Below, in pieces: positions 10,406 through 19,675 of a stretch of 28,529 nt of DNA; within the stretch, counting starts at the first letter, position 1; every line of letters begins with the position of its first letter. This DNA is from an uncultured cyanobacterium (GTDB lineage Bacteria; Cyanobacteriota; Cyanobacteriia; Cyanobacteriales; Cyanobacteriaceae), in contig CAVVOP010000031.1 in assembly GCA_963749915.1 (NCBI GenBank), positions 1 to 28,529 on the forward strand, in the 5' to 3' direction. A model generated the notes under the pieces. It saw only the letters and a program-made list of their open reading frames with translations. It was not told where the DNA came from and ran no database searches. The translations under genes and the position numbers were made by a program.

Positions 10406-11051
10406 TTGGGTGGGATGATGGGTTGTGCAACCTTTTGCAGGGTAAGTAAGAGCGATTTGCAGGGTAAGTAAGAGCGATCGCGAAGGGTTCTGGCGAAGCC
10501 AGCATGCACTCAACCGAAAAAGCAGATCGCCCCTCTTCATTTTATGGGCGGTAAATGCTGGAGTTATTAGACAAAAGCAATCACTGCATCCCAATCGTTG
10601 AGAATTTCTTTAGCTAACGCTTTGAGGTTTTTCATGCGATTTGAGAGAACCTAAAAAGCAACTTGCTTCTAACACCATCAAATTATTTGAAATAGTTTTT
10701 GATGATTTATCTTCCCCTTTTGCAATCGGGGGAGCAATTAGTTCCTTTAAGACTATCTAATATCCATTTTCCTATTTGTGCCGCTTTTCGATGTAATTGC
10801 TCCTGTTAAGGCAATGGCTTTTGTAATTAAATGAGCAAGGCATCTCTGCCTTTTGGGTATGAACGATAACTTAAATAACCATCTGTGACTAACCACCCCA
10901 CAAAGGCTTCTGTTACCAAATATAATAATTCTTCTTTCCTGCGAGAACCAATGTGATACACCGCAGTTTGACCCGAAATAGCTACCCATAACCATTGAAG
11001 ATCTCCTTGAACTTCCCAATGAGTCTCATCTAGATGTAAAACTTCTACATT

Positions 11052-12413
11052 CAGTAGATCGAAAGGAAAAAAAATAAAGAGATTATTGGGACATAAGTAC
11101 TAAGTAAAGGGTTCTATTTTAGAGGATAATGAAGAAATAGTATAATTAAAATTTATATTTTTTATCCCATGAAGCAAAAATATAATAATCAACAAGAAAA
11201 ACTGGTTTTAACTGATCAAGAAACCTTAACACAAGTAGTAGATTGTCTCAATGAAAATATTTCTTTAAACGACCATGGTAAAAGGAAAAATAATGATTTA
11301 TTTCTGGTTTTAGTAAGAGCCGCTTCGACCCAAAATACTATAGAAAATTCCTCTAAAGAATTAAAATTAGCAACTTGTGGAAATAATATTCGATTTCATC
11401 TCAAAAAAATATCTGATTTCTTAAAATTAGAAAAAGAAATTAATACAGCATTAAAAAATCAAATTCCTTCTGGATTAAAAAATAATTGTTTAAATGTAGC
11501 AGTTGATTTTAATTTGATTGGTTATTATGGGGAACCCAATCAAGAAGAAAAACCTTATATTTGTAGAAGTCAAGCAAAAAATGGAACTTGTTCTTTTTAT
11601 GGATATGCAACGATATATACGATTAAAAAAAATAAAAGAGTAACTTTAGGAATTAGAGCGATTCGAGTGAAAGAAACGAAGGTTTGTATCTTAACTCATT
11701 TGTTATCAGAATTATCGAGTTTAAATATAAAGATAGAAAAATTATATTTGGATAGAGAATTTTTCAGCATATCAATAATTAGATGGTTACAAGCATTAGA
11801 AATACCCTTCATTATTCCTGCTATTAGAAGAGGAAAAAAAGCAGGAATAAAACAATTTATGAGAGGAAGAAAAAGCTATGAGACTAATTATAAAATGTTA
11901 AAAAATGAAGAAGACTATGTAGATTGTCGCCTAGCAATAATTGTTAAATATAAAAAAGGAAAAAGAGGAAAAAAAGGAAGAGAATACTATATTTATGTAA
12001 TAAATAACATTAAGATAAATATAGAGCAAATTCATTCTTGTTACCGAAAAAGATTTGGTATTGAAAGTAGTTATAGAATGAAAAATGTTTGTAGAATTAG
12101 AACGACAACAAAAAAACCAGTTTGGAGACTATTATTTGTAGGAATATCATTTTTATTAGTTAATATATGGGTAAAAATATTATGGAAAAAAGTAAGTAAG
12201 CCAAGAAAAGGAGGAAGATTAGTCTATAATAAAATATTTTCTTTAAAACAAATGTTATCTTTTCTCAACCACACAATAGAAAGAATTTTTCAGGTAGAAA
12301 CCAATGTTTATATACCAACAATATCAAACTAAAAATAATATAAGTAAATATTATATCAGTAGGTAAGACACAATGAAATCTAAAATCAGTAAAATTTTTA
12401 TTTCGATCTACTG
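11052..12413 (+). mobile_element. ISH3-family element (1362 bp), apparently intact, 5-bp TSD
   Basis: 13-bp IR CAGTAGATCGAAA / TTTCGATCTACTG. TSD ACATT at 11047-11051 and 12414-12418. Confidence 0.92.
11169..12332 (+). CDS. ISH3-family DDE transposase
   Basis: VAVDFNLIGYYG, AKNGTCSFYGYAT, LYLDREF and YRKRFGIESSYR motifs; 387 aa uninterrupted. Confidence 0.9.
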   Translation: MKQKYNNQQEKLVLTDQETLTQVVDCLNENISLNDHGKRKNNDLFLVLVRAASTQNTIENSSKELKLATCGNNIRFHLKKISDFLKLEKEINTALKNQIPSGLKNNCLNVAVDFNLIGYYGEPNQEEKPYICRSQAKNGTCSFYGYATIYTIKKNKRVTLGIRAIRVKETKVCILTHLLSELSSLNIKIEKLYLDREFFSISIIRWLQALEIPFIIPAIRRGKKAGIKQFMRGRKSYETNYKMLKNEEDYVDCRLAIIVKYKKGKRGKKGREYYIYVINNIKINIEQIHSCYRKRFGIESSYRMKNVCRIRTTTKKPVWRLLFVGISFLLVNIWVKILWKKVSKPRKGGRLVYNKIFSLKQMLSFLNHTIERIFQVETNVYIPTISN

Positions 12414-12700
12414 ACATTGTTCTACGGCTAATTGATGCAAATTGGTAGCAACTTCTACTAACCTCTGTTTTTCCAGAGATTCAAAGTAGCTTTTACTCAT
12501 TTGTCCCAAATCATCTTTGTTTAGTTTAGCCATAAAATAAAGTTTAAACTATTTTGTCGGGCATCACTTCCTTTTTTCAATCAAATAACGGCCTATCTCT
12601 AATAAGTTATCCTATGATAACCGCTAACATTTCCAGCTTTCTCTAATTTGGGCTTGCCGATTTCAGGACTAATTCAGAATGGGGGGGAGTGAACGGTTAC

Positions 12701-13460
12701 CTGTGGGATAGCTGATTAAGTCATTCCAACTCCATCTCTCTTCAGTCAATCCCCCCCTCTGCGCTGCTGTCGTTCCTAACCGACTATTTTCCCAAATCCA
12801 ATTGAAATAGCTGACCACTAACCTTGCCGTTACTTTCGTTTGCTCCCAGACCTTGGCAAATTTATTTTGTTGCCGATGCCATCTTCCTGTCTGTTGCCGG
12901 AGAATTCCATTGGTCCTCTCCAGCTTTTGGTTTCCTTTTTTACTGATCTGGTGCTCTATCTCCTCTGTTAATACCCTTTGATAACCCCTTAAGCCATCAG
13001 TATTCCAGTTTTGGCATTGGGTTTTTCCTTCTGTGGTCACGAGCATCTCCTCCAGAAGTTGATCCTTTCGTTTTCCTACACGAGCTGCCAGAATCAAGCC
13101 ACTATCTTGAGCTAAACTAATTCCTATCCAGCAATCCCCGGCTATTATTTCGTCTGGTTCGCATTGGCACTGTTTTGTCTTGGTGCGCGTTCCCTTGCGT
13201 CTTACGCCGACGCGGGGTCGCACCGCTTTTCGACAAATGACCACATTTCATCAGCGCTTACTTGTTCTGTTTCCACTTGTTGAACCTCAGCATTATGTAT
13301 CATTTGAGCTTTTTGGCTAGCATCCCTAATCAAAGAAACTACTCTCAGTTTTGCCATGTTTGTAAGCTTTATGGTGACCGCAGAGAAGACATTTCATAGA
13401 AATAAATGGAATACTACTTTTCTATCATACTCTCATCCCACAGATTTTTGTTTCACGACC
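12701..13460 (-). mobile_element. IS1-family copy A (insA deleted, right end displaced by IS66, 51-nt insert)
   Basis: Left IR GGTCGTGAAACAAA at 13460. Near-identical to 15505-16213, with ADEMWSFV, TDG and LERTNGILRQ motifs. Confidence 0.9.
13177..13227 (-). mobile_element. 51-nt structured micro-element, copy E1
   Basis: AGCGGTGCGACCCCGCGTCGGCGTAAGACGCAAGGGAACGCGCACCAAGAC is present in IS1 copy A and absent from copy B, which has an A7 run there. Confidence 0.9.
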
Positions 13461-13599
13461 GATTCTTTTGTTTAACGTTTGCATCCATAATCAAACTTTA
13501 AGTATTGCCATAATTGATATGCTAAAATTATTCACAGTATTACATAAAATATCGAAAAAAACCATTAAATTTTTATCAGAATATCTTCCACTAATAGAA

Positions 13600-14244
13600 A
13601 TGAATATATCGATCGCCGATTTAAGAAAAAACTATACCCAAGGAGGATTACAAGAAAAGGAAGCCAGTTTAAACCCCTTTGAGCAATTTAGACATTGGTT
13701 TCAAGAAGCGGTTTCAGCAGAAATACTTGAACCCAATGCCATGACTTTAGCCACTATCAGTGAAGAAGGAAAACCTAGTGCAAGAATCGTTTTATTAAAA
13801 AAACTAGATGATCGAGGCTTTACTTTTTTTACCAACTATGACAGTCGGAAAGGGAAAAACTTAGAAAAAAATCCTTGGGCATCTTTGGTGTTTTTGTGGG
13901 GGGAATTAGAGCGCCAAGTGAGGATAGAAGGGAAAGTCGAGAAAGTTATCCCGGCAGAATCAGATCAATACTTTAGTAGTCGCCCCATCGGTTCACAATT
14001 GGGTGCATGGGCTTCAAATCAAAGTGAAGTAATACCCAATCGAGAAGCATTAGATATTAAGCTACAAGAAATCACCAGAAAATATCAAGGACAAACTATA
14101 CCCCGACCAGAACATTGGGGAGGTTTTAGGGTAGTACCTAATTTAATCGAGTTTTGGCAAGGGAGGGAAAATCGTTTACACGATCGACTCTGTTATAGGC
14201 TAGAAGATAATCAAGAATGGATAAGAGAACGTTTAGCACCTTAA
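13600..14244 (+). CDS. pdxH: Pyridoxamine 5'-phosphate oxidase
   Basis: IADLRKNY, EPNAMTLAT, PSARIVLLK, FFTNYDSRKG and EFWQGRENRLHDRL motifs. Likely start is ATG 13600. Confidence 0.97.
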   Translation: MNISIADLRKNYTQGGLQEKEASLNPFEQFRHWFQEAVSAEILEPNAMTLATISEEGKPSARIVLLKKLDDRGFTFFTNYDSRKGKNLEKNPWASLVFLWGELERQVRIEGKVEKVIPAESDQYFSSRPIGSQLGAWASNQSEVIPNREALDIKLQEITRKYQGQTIPRPEHWGGFRVVPNLIEFWQGRENRLHDRLCYRLEDNQEWIRERLAP

Positions 14245-14346
14245 CAAGGATAATCAAGGCTTTTGTAACCCTAACTTTTTCTCTGTTAAGACTTACAAAA
14301 GCCCGACAAGAGAAACAAACTTAAACTTGAAGGTTGTGTCTCCAAG

Positions 14347-14383
14347 TATCCTGACATAGATAGAAAACAGCAGAGTCAGGATA
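14347..14383. terminator. Possible stem-loop between convergent pdxH and psaK
   Basis: TATCCTGAC...GTCAGGATA 9-bp inverted repeat with a large loop. Confidence 0.3.
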
Positions 14384-14403
14384 TTTTGAGTATTAGTTGT
14401 CTA

Positions 14404-14682
14404 TTATTGTAAAAGTCCTGCGTTAGATAATCCTAAGACAAAACCAGCACCTAAAATATGTCCAAAACTGACAGTTGCTAATAATTCTGCCAGGCCAAAT
14501 TTTTTCCATAATGCCGGTTTTTCCACAGGTAAATCAGGACCGATTCCGGCTTTTTGAATAGCAAATCGTCCGATAAAAACTGCTAATAAATTCGCTGAAA
14601 TCATTACCAATGCCACGTTGAAATTCCATTCTACTGTCTGAGGAATATTTGCTAAAAGATTTGATAATGCTAAAAAAATCAT
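14404..14682 (-). CDS. psaK: Photosystem I subunit PsaK
   Basis: PQTVEW...VMISANLLAVFIGRFAIQ...ELLATVSFGHILGAGFVLGLSNAG. Confidence 0.95.
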   Translation of the reverse strand: MIFLALSNLLANIPQTVEWNFNVALVMISANLLAVFIGRFAIQKAGIGPDLPVEKPALWKKFGLAELLATVSFGHILGAGFVLGLSNAGLLQ

Positions 14683-14783
14683 GGTTTTAATCTAATTTGA
14701 TTGATGTTAACTATTTTTGTTATGTTAATAGTTATAGTGCCTTGTCTGTTGGTTTTCTTAAAATTTATTAATTATTTTTCATT

Positions 14784-15416
14784 ATGCGCGTCAAAATATG
14801 CGGTATTACTGATTTAGAACAAGGTTTGGCGATCGCCAATTTAGGAGCTGATACCCTAGGATTCATCTGTGTAGAAAAATCACCCCGATATGTGAACAAT
14901 GAAATAATTAAAAATATTATTCAACAATTACCGAAAGAGATAAGTAAGATTGGAGTATTTGTTAATGAAAATATCGATAATGTTATTAAAACAGTGCAAG
15001 AAACGGGATTAACGGGGATACAATTACACGGAGAAGAAAGTCCTGCTATATGTGCCCAATTAAGAGAATTTTTATCTGACATAGAAATTATTAAAGCCTT
15101 TCGCTGTCAAAATTCAGAATCATTGACTTTATTAAACAGTTACATTCCCGTCATCAACACTATTTTATTAGACGCTTATCAACAGGGGGTTTACGGGGGT
15201 ACAGGAAAAACCTTAAATTGGTTACAGTTAGCTGATTTTCGCCCTTCTCGCCCTTGGTTATTAGCTGGAGGTATTAATACTGATAATGTGTTGACGGCCT
15301 TGGAAACCGTTGAATGTGATGGAATAGATGTGTCTAGCGGTGTCGAAATCAGTCCGAAAAATAAGGATTTAGAGAAAGTTCGACTTTTATTTCAAAAATT
15401 AAATAGGGCTTGCTGA
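14784..15416 (+). CDS. trpF: Phosphoribosylanthranilate isomerase
   Basis: MRVKICGIT, SPRYV, QLHGEES, LLDAY...GGTGKT, LAGGI and DVSSGVE motifs. Confidence 0.97.
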   Translation: MRVKICGITDLEQGLAIANLGADTLGFICVEKSPRYVNNEIIKNIIQQLPKEISKIGVFVNENIDNVIKTVQETGLTGIQLHGEESPAICAQLREFLSDIEIIKAFRCQNSESLTLLNSYIPVINTILLDAYQQGVYGGTGKTLNWLQLADFRPSRPWLLAGGINTDNVLTALETVECDGIDVSSGVEISPKNKDLEKVRLLFQKLNRAC

Positions 15417-15504
15417 AAAAATTACCTAAAATTTTATTAGTATTTACAAGCTGAAGGAAAGATAATTTTTTCTTTCTCTTGAAAATAATATTGATAACTT
15501 ATCA

Positions 15505-16230
15505 GGTCGTGAAACAAAAATCTGTGGGATGAGAGTATGATATAAAAGTAGTATTCCATTTATTTCTATGAAATGTCTTCTCTGCGGTCACCATAAAGCT
15601 TACAAACATGGCAAAACTGAGAGTAGTTTCTTTGATTAGGGATGCTAGCCAAAAAGCTCAAATGATACATAATGCTGAGGTTCAACAAGTGGAAACAGAA
15701 CAGGTAAGCGCTGATGAAATGTGGTCATTTGTCGAAAAAAACAGTGCCAATGCGAACCAGACGAAATAATAGCCGGGGATTGCTGGATAGGAATTAGTTT
15801 AGCTCAAGATAGTGGCTTGATTCTGGCAGCTCGTGTAGGAAAACGAAAGGATCAACTTCTGGAGGAGATGCTCGTGACCACAGAAGGAAAAACCCAATGC
15901 CAAAACTGGAATACTGATGGCTTAAGGGGTTATCAAAGGGTATTAACAGAGGAGATAGAGCACCAGATCAGTAAAAAAGGAAACCAAAAGCTGGAGAGGA
16001 CCAATGGAATTCTCCGGCAACAGACAGGAAGATGGCATCGGCAACAAAATAAATTTGCCAAGGTCTGGGAGCAAACGAAAGTAACGGCAAGGTTAGTGGT
16101 CAGCTATTCCAATTGGATTTGGGAAAATAGTCGGTTAGGAACGACAGCAGCACAGAGGGGGGGATTGACTGAAGAGAGATGGAGTTGGAATGACTTAATC
16201 AGCTATCCCACAGTTATTTGATGCACGACC
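15505..16230 (+). mobile_element. IS1-family copy B (726 bp, non-autonomous, insA internally deleted)
   Basis: IRs GGTCGTGAAACAAA / TTTGATGCACGACC. MKCLLCGHHKAYKHGKT is cut after the first Zn-ribbon half. A7 frameshift site at ~15735-15741. Confidence 0.92.
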
Positions 16231-16300
16231 CTTATAGTTGTTTATGGGGATACGCTGGGTTGGAAGACGAGATTTGGTAAGTTGAGCTAAAATTAAATTC

Positions 16301-16588
16301 ATGGACTTACGATTTGAGTGGAATAAGCAAAAAGCAAGACTTAATGTCAAAAAGCATGGCATTCAATTTGAAGAAGCCAAGGCTGTTTTCCGAGATCCAC
16401 TTGCCTTCATTTTTGATGATGAATGGCATTCTGTCGGTGAAAAACGAGAAATTATTATCGGACACGATGAGAAAAATCGTCTTTTATTAGTTTGTTTTAC
16501 TGAAAGAAATCAAATAATTCGTATAATCAGTGCACGTTTAACAACCAAGAAAGAGCGTCAAGACTATGAAGAATACACAAAATTCTGA
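16301..16588 (+). CDS. brnT: BrnT-family toxin
   Basis: FEWNKQKARLNVKKHGIQFEEA...HSVGEKR...IRIISAR. Confidence 0.93.
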   Translation: MDLRFEWNKQKARLNVKKHGIQFEEAKAVFRDPLAFIFDDEWHSVGEKREIIIGHDEKNRLLLVCFTERNQIIRIISARLTTKKERQDYEEYTKF

Positions 16589-16790
16589 CATCAATCCCAA
16601 TTCAGAGGATGACCTACTTCCTGAATATAACTTTGATTATAGTAAGGCTCGTCCTAATCGTTTTGCTACTCAGCTAAATGAGAAAACAATCACTGTTACT
16701 TTAGAATCAGATGTAGCTAAAGTTTTCCAAACTTCTGAAGAAGTAAATAAAGCACTTCGAGCTATATTATCTGCTATTCCTAAAAAATAA
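16566..16790 (+). CDS. Cognate antitoxin (BrnA-like)
   Basis: Overlaps the brnT end; DDLLPEYNFDYSKARPNRFA...VNKALRAIL. Confidence 0.8.
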   Translation: MKNTQNSDINPNSEDDLLPEYNFDYSKARPNRFATQLNEKTITVTLESDVAKVFQTSEEVNKALRAILSAIPKK

Positions 16791-17253
16791 GTCAGCGATC
16801 GCTCTTGTCGGTTGGGTTGACCATCGGAAAACTAACATTATCTTAGTGCGATCGCTCTCGTTCTTCAATGTATATTGCGTTGGTTTTGATGTTTCTTGGC
16901 TACGATCGCTGTTTGGTTGAATTATTTGCTGTTTGGTTGAATTATTTAATGACGAGCGATCGGGTTAAGGGAGGGGTGAAGGGCAATCAAGTCATGGGAT
17001 GGGATGTAGGGCGATCGTCATTTAGGATTGGGGTGCGATCGTTTTTTGTGGGATGGAAGGGCGAACTGCTTGCAGCAACGCTTCGCTCCCGTTGTTTGCG
17101 AGGTATATTTCGCTCCCGTTGTTTGCGGGGTATATAACGATCATAATTTCTGATTTTCCAGTGCTTCAGTAGAACTTCCACCAAAACGATCGTCAATTTC
17201 TCTGACTTCAAGTTAACCAATGCAGACTTCCGAGGTTTGCAGTTCACCAGAGT

Positions 17254-17307
17254 GGGCGATCGCGCAGCGCCACTTCGTGATCGTGAAACGGCGCTGCGCG
17301 ATCGCCC
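17254..17307. repeat. Two SDR5-like hairpin micro-elements inserted head-to-head in one HIP1 site
   Basis: 18-bp perfect inverted arms GGGCGATCGCGCAGCGCC / GGCGCTGCGCGATCGCCC around a central GATC. Confidence 0.8.
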
Positions 17308-17441
17308 TAGGAGTAAAAAGGTTTCAAATGCTTATAATGAAAGAATCATAAATTTTTGGAGATGTCTATTGGTTGGCAAGAGGAATATTGGCATTTTCAA
17401 GGTTGGCGCGCTGGGAAGCAGATCCCTGCGGGATCGCATTT

Positions 17442-17948
17442 CTAATTAATTTTTACCGAATTAAGAATAGTTTTCAGAGGTAATAGCAGGGAAAAAGGAG
17501 CATCATATAAGGGAATAAAACCATATTTGAGATAAAACCTCTTTGAATCTTCATCGATGGCATCGACACGAACTGCGAAAATTGCCATTTCTGTGGATAC
17601 TCGTATAGCTCTTTTTAAAGCATGCATTAACAAAATTTTGCCTAAACCTTGTCCTTGAACCGATTGATCTACAGCTAACTGCCCAATTAATATTACAGGA
17701 GCAGGATATCTTGGTAAGCCTTTTTTTAGTGAACCAGGAAGATTGGCAAATTCAATATTAGAAGCACTAACGGAGTAATAGCCTCGGATAACCTTACTTT
17801 CAGATTGAGTTGCGACAAAAGTAAGAGAATATTTTTTCTTAAAGTTTTGAGTCGCAAATTTTTTCAGAAAATCATTGAGCTGAATATAGCCACAATCAAA
17901 GTTAGATTTATCAAAACTATTATCTAGTTGACTAATCTGCCACTTCAT
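17442..17948 (-). CDS. GNAT-family acetyltransferase toxin (TacT/AtaT-like)
   Basis: FDCG..LNDFLK, GYYSVSA, PVILIGQLAVD, QGQGLGKILL, VDAIDE and FYLKYGF motifs. Confidence 0.92.
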   Translation of the reverse strand: MKWQISQLDNSFDKSNFDCGYIQLNDFLKKFATQNFKKKYSLTFVATQSESKVIRGYYSVSASNIEFANLPGSLKKGLPRYPAPVILIGQLAVDQSVQGQGLGKILLMHALKRAIRVSTEMAIFAVRVDAIDEDSKRFYLKYGFIPLYDAPFSLLLPLKTILNSVKIN

Positions 17949-18228
17949 CGTCTTTGTACTCTAACTCAAATTGTTTCATTGCCTTTTTAAGAGCTGGATT
18001 AGGTTGAGGAGGATTGACTAATAATTGAAGAAATAAATCTCGATCTCGGTCAGATAAAACTAATTTATGGTGAACTTCTAAATCTGCTTGTGCTGCTTCT
18101 AAGGAGTTAGTTAATAAATAGCTACTTAAACTCATTCCTTTAAAATGAGCCGCTCTTTCCAGTAGATCTTTTTGCTCTGGAGTAACTCGTAAATCAATTC
18201 GTTTTTGCTTATAGTTAGTACTTTCCAT
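17932..18228 (-). CDS. DUF1778 (TacA/AtaR-like) RHH antitoxin
   Basis: RIDLRVTPEQKDLLERAA...LSDRDRDLFLQLLVNPPQPNPALKKA; overlaps the GNAT start. Confidence 0.92.
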   Translation of the reverse strand: MESTNYKQKRIDLRVTPEQKDLLERAAHFKGMSLSSYLLTNSLEAAQADLEVHHKLVLSDRDRDLFLQLLVNPPQPNPALKKAMKQFELEYKDDEVAD

Positions 18229-18318
18229 ATATCACCTCAAGATTAACTTGAAATAATTAACTTAGTTTAATTATATCTTTTCTTTACGGTAAAAGTACAC
18301 ACAAAATATCTGTCTTAG

Positions 18319-18617
18319 TTAAGAAGTTTGAGAAACTTTAGGCTCAAGAGAAATTCCTCGCTCTTCTTCAGCTTCTTGATTCAAAAGCTCCTGATGGGTT
18401 TGACAGTATTCGATCACTGAAAGTGGCGCTGCGCGATCGTTTTCATGACCGCATCCAATTATAAATCCCATTTCTCGGCTAGCTTTTCTGGGGTGTCTTT
18501 CTTTATTATCATATCCATCCAAACATTAAAAGCTTTCAATCTTTTTCTTTTAAAGTAAAGTTGCTGCCGCCAAGAATTGGGGCGTTTTTCTAAATACTGC
18601 CATTGAGTGGTGGTCAT
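18319..18617 (-). pseudogene. DUF433-like antitoxin pseudogene
   Basis: MTTTQWQYLEKRPNSWRQQLYFKRKRLKAFNVWMDM...WDL*LDAVMKTIEYCQTHQELLNQEAEEER once the 23-nt insert at 18411-18433 is removed. One internal stop remains. Confidence 0.65.
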
Positions 18618-18789
18618 AAATATTTTTTTTCTTTCTTCTTAATATCTTGTAGTTTTAATTTCCAATCATTAAAACTTTACTTTCCGCTAAATCCGGAATG
18701 AGAAAATCAATCCAGACTCTGGTCTGAAGCAAAAACACCTGTTATTTAGTATTTAGTTGACTCAAGAAGCGATCGCCGTAGGCGCACCT

Positions 18790-19674
18790 TTGGTGAGCGG
18801 GGCAACACCAGCGCCAGATAACTGAGAATATTGCCAACTAACATCGCCAGTTCCGGCAGACGCTGGCAACTTTCTGGAGCAAAAACGAACTGACGGTGTA
18901 GAGGGGGTCAAAAAAGACCCAGATAGAAAAAGTCTGATGAGATGGGTAGGCGCTCACCTGCCAACTGTCCGACTTCCACCACCAAGGCAAAACCAATACC
19001 TTTGAGCATACGATTGGCTATGCCGTTGAAATATTTGCCCATCCATCCTTTCAGACGCAAACGCCAAAAGGCTGTTAAATCCACTGCCAGCGGTCTATAA
19101 CCTTCATACTCATGGATTTGCCATTCCCCTCGTTCCTGTACATAGTCACCCCATGATTGCAACAAATCATCGATGCACCAGGCACCATAACGCATTGCTT
19201 GCTTGCCAACTGCGCCTGATCTCCTCGGGGCAGAAGCCACTTTCTTGCAGAGCGGGAAAAATTGCGCCTCGACTACTCAGAAATGAGCCATTGAGTATAC
19301 TCCACATCAGGTGTATCAGAGCCAGATTCGTCCCCACTGGTACACTTTGCACAATAATTTGTAAAGCTTGTAAAGCTTGTAAAGCTTGTAGAGTTTGTTC
19401 GATGGCAATTAGCATACACTCATCTCTGGCAATTTGTTTAGCTATCTACATATTATGAACTAGAATTCTAATTGCAATTAGAAAAAGAAGAAATAAAGTT
19501 ATTACCTACATTGGTAATCTGAGCAATTAAGTAATTTTAAAAAAGATAAAATTGAGGCCAAAAACAGCAATTTTTAGCTAAATTTGTGCTGTTTATTGGT
19601 TATGAATAATTAGAAAAAAGGGGAAAACAGTTATTATAGCTAGCTTCCAGCATTATTGTTATATCGAACTGAGG
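18790..19674 (-). mobile_element. Degenerate DDE (IS701/IS4-like) element, frameshifted and internally deleted
   Basis: VPVGTNLALIHLMW, YRPLAVDLTAFWR and C-terminal [16 protein letters not shown]. End-like motif CCTCAGTTCGATATAA at ~19659-19674. Confidence 0.7.
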
Positions 19675-19675
19675 T

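Larger units (their letters stand above)
10733..12700 (-). mobile_element. IS66-family remnant, internally deleted, right end lost, interrupted by ISH3
   Basis: Left IR GTAACCGTTCAC at 12700. ATG 12533 MAKLNKDDLGQMSKSYFESLEKQRLVEVATNL. Downstream HLDETHW, WLWVAIS, GWLVTDGY and RQRCLAHL with frameshifts. Confidence 0.85.

Noticed and set aside
10146..10594. Minus-strand ORFs 10146-10505, 10303-10509 and 10382-10594
   Set aside because: Antisense shadows of the Uma2 repeats and local duplications.
13468..13599. 44-aa N-terminal extension of PdxH
   Set aside because: Family similarity begins at ATG 13600; the extension is AT-rich upstream DNA with a TTG start.
16868..17449. ORFs 16868-17137, 16987-17247 and 17237-17449
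   Set aside because: Built from tandem duplications and HIP1 hairpins; only a faint, unsupported PIN-like hint near 17140-17250.
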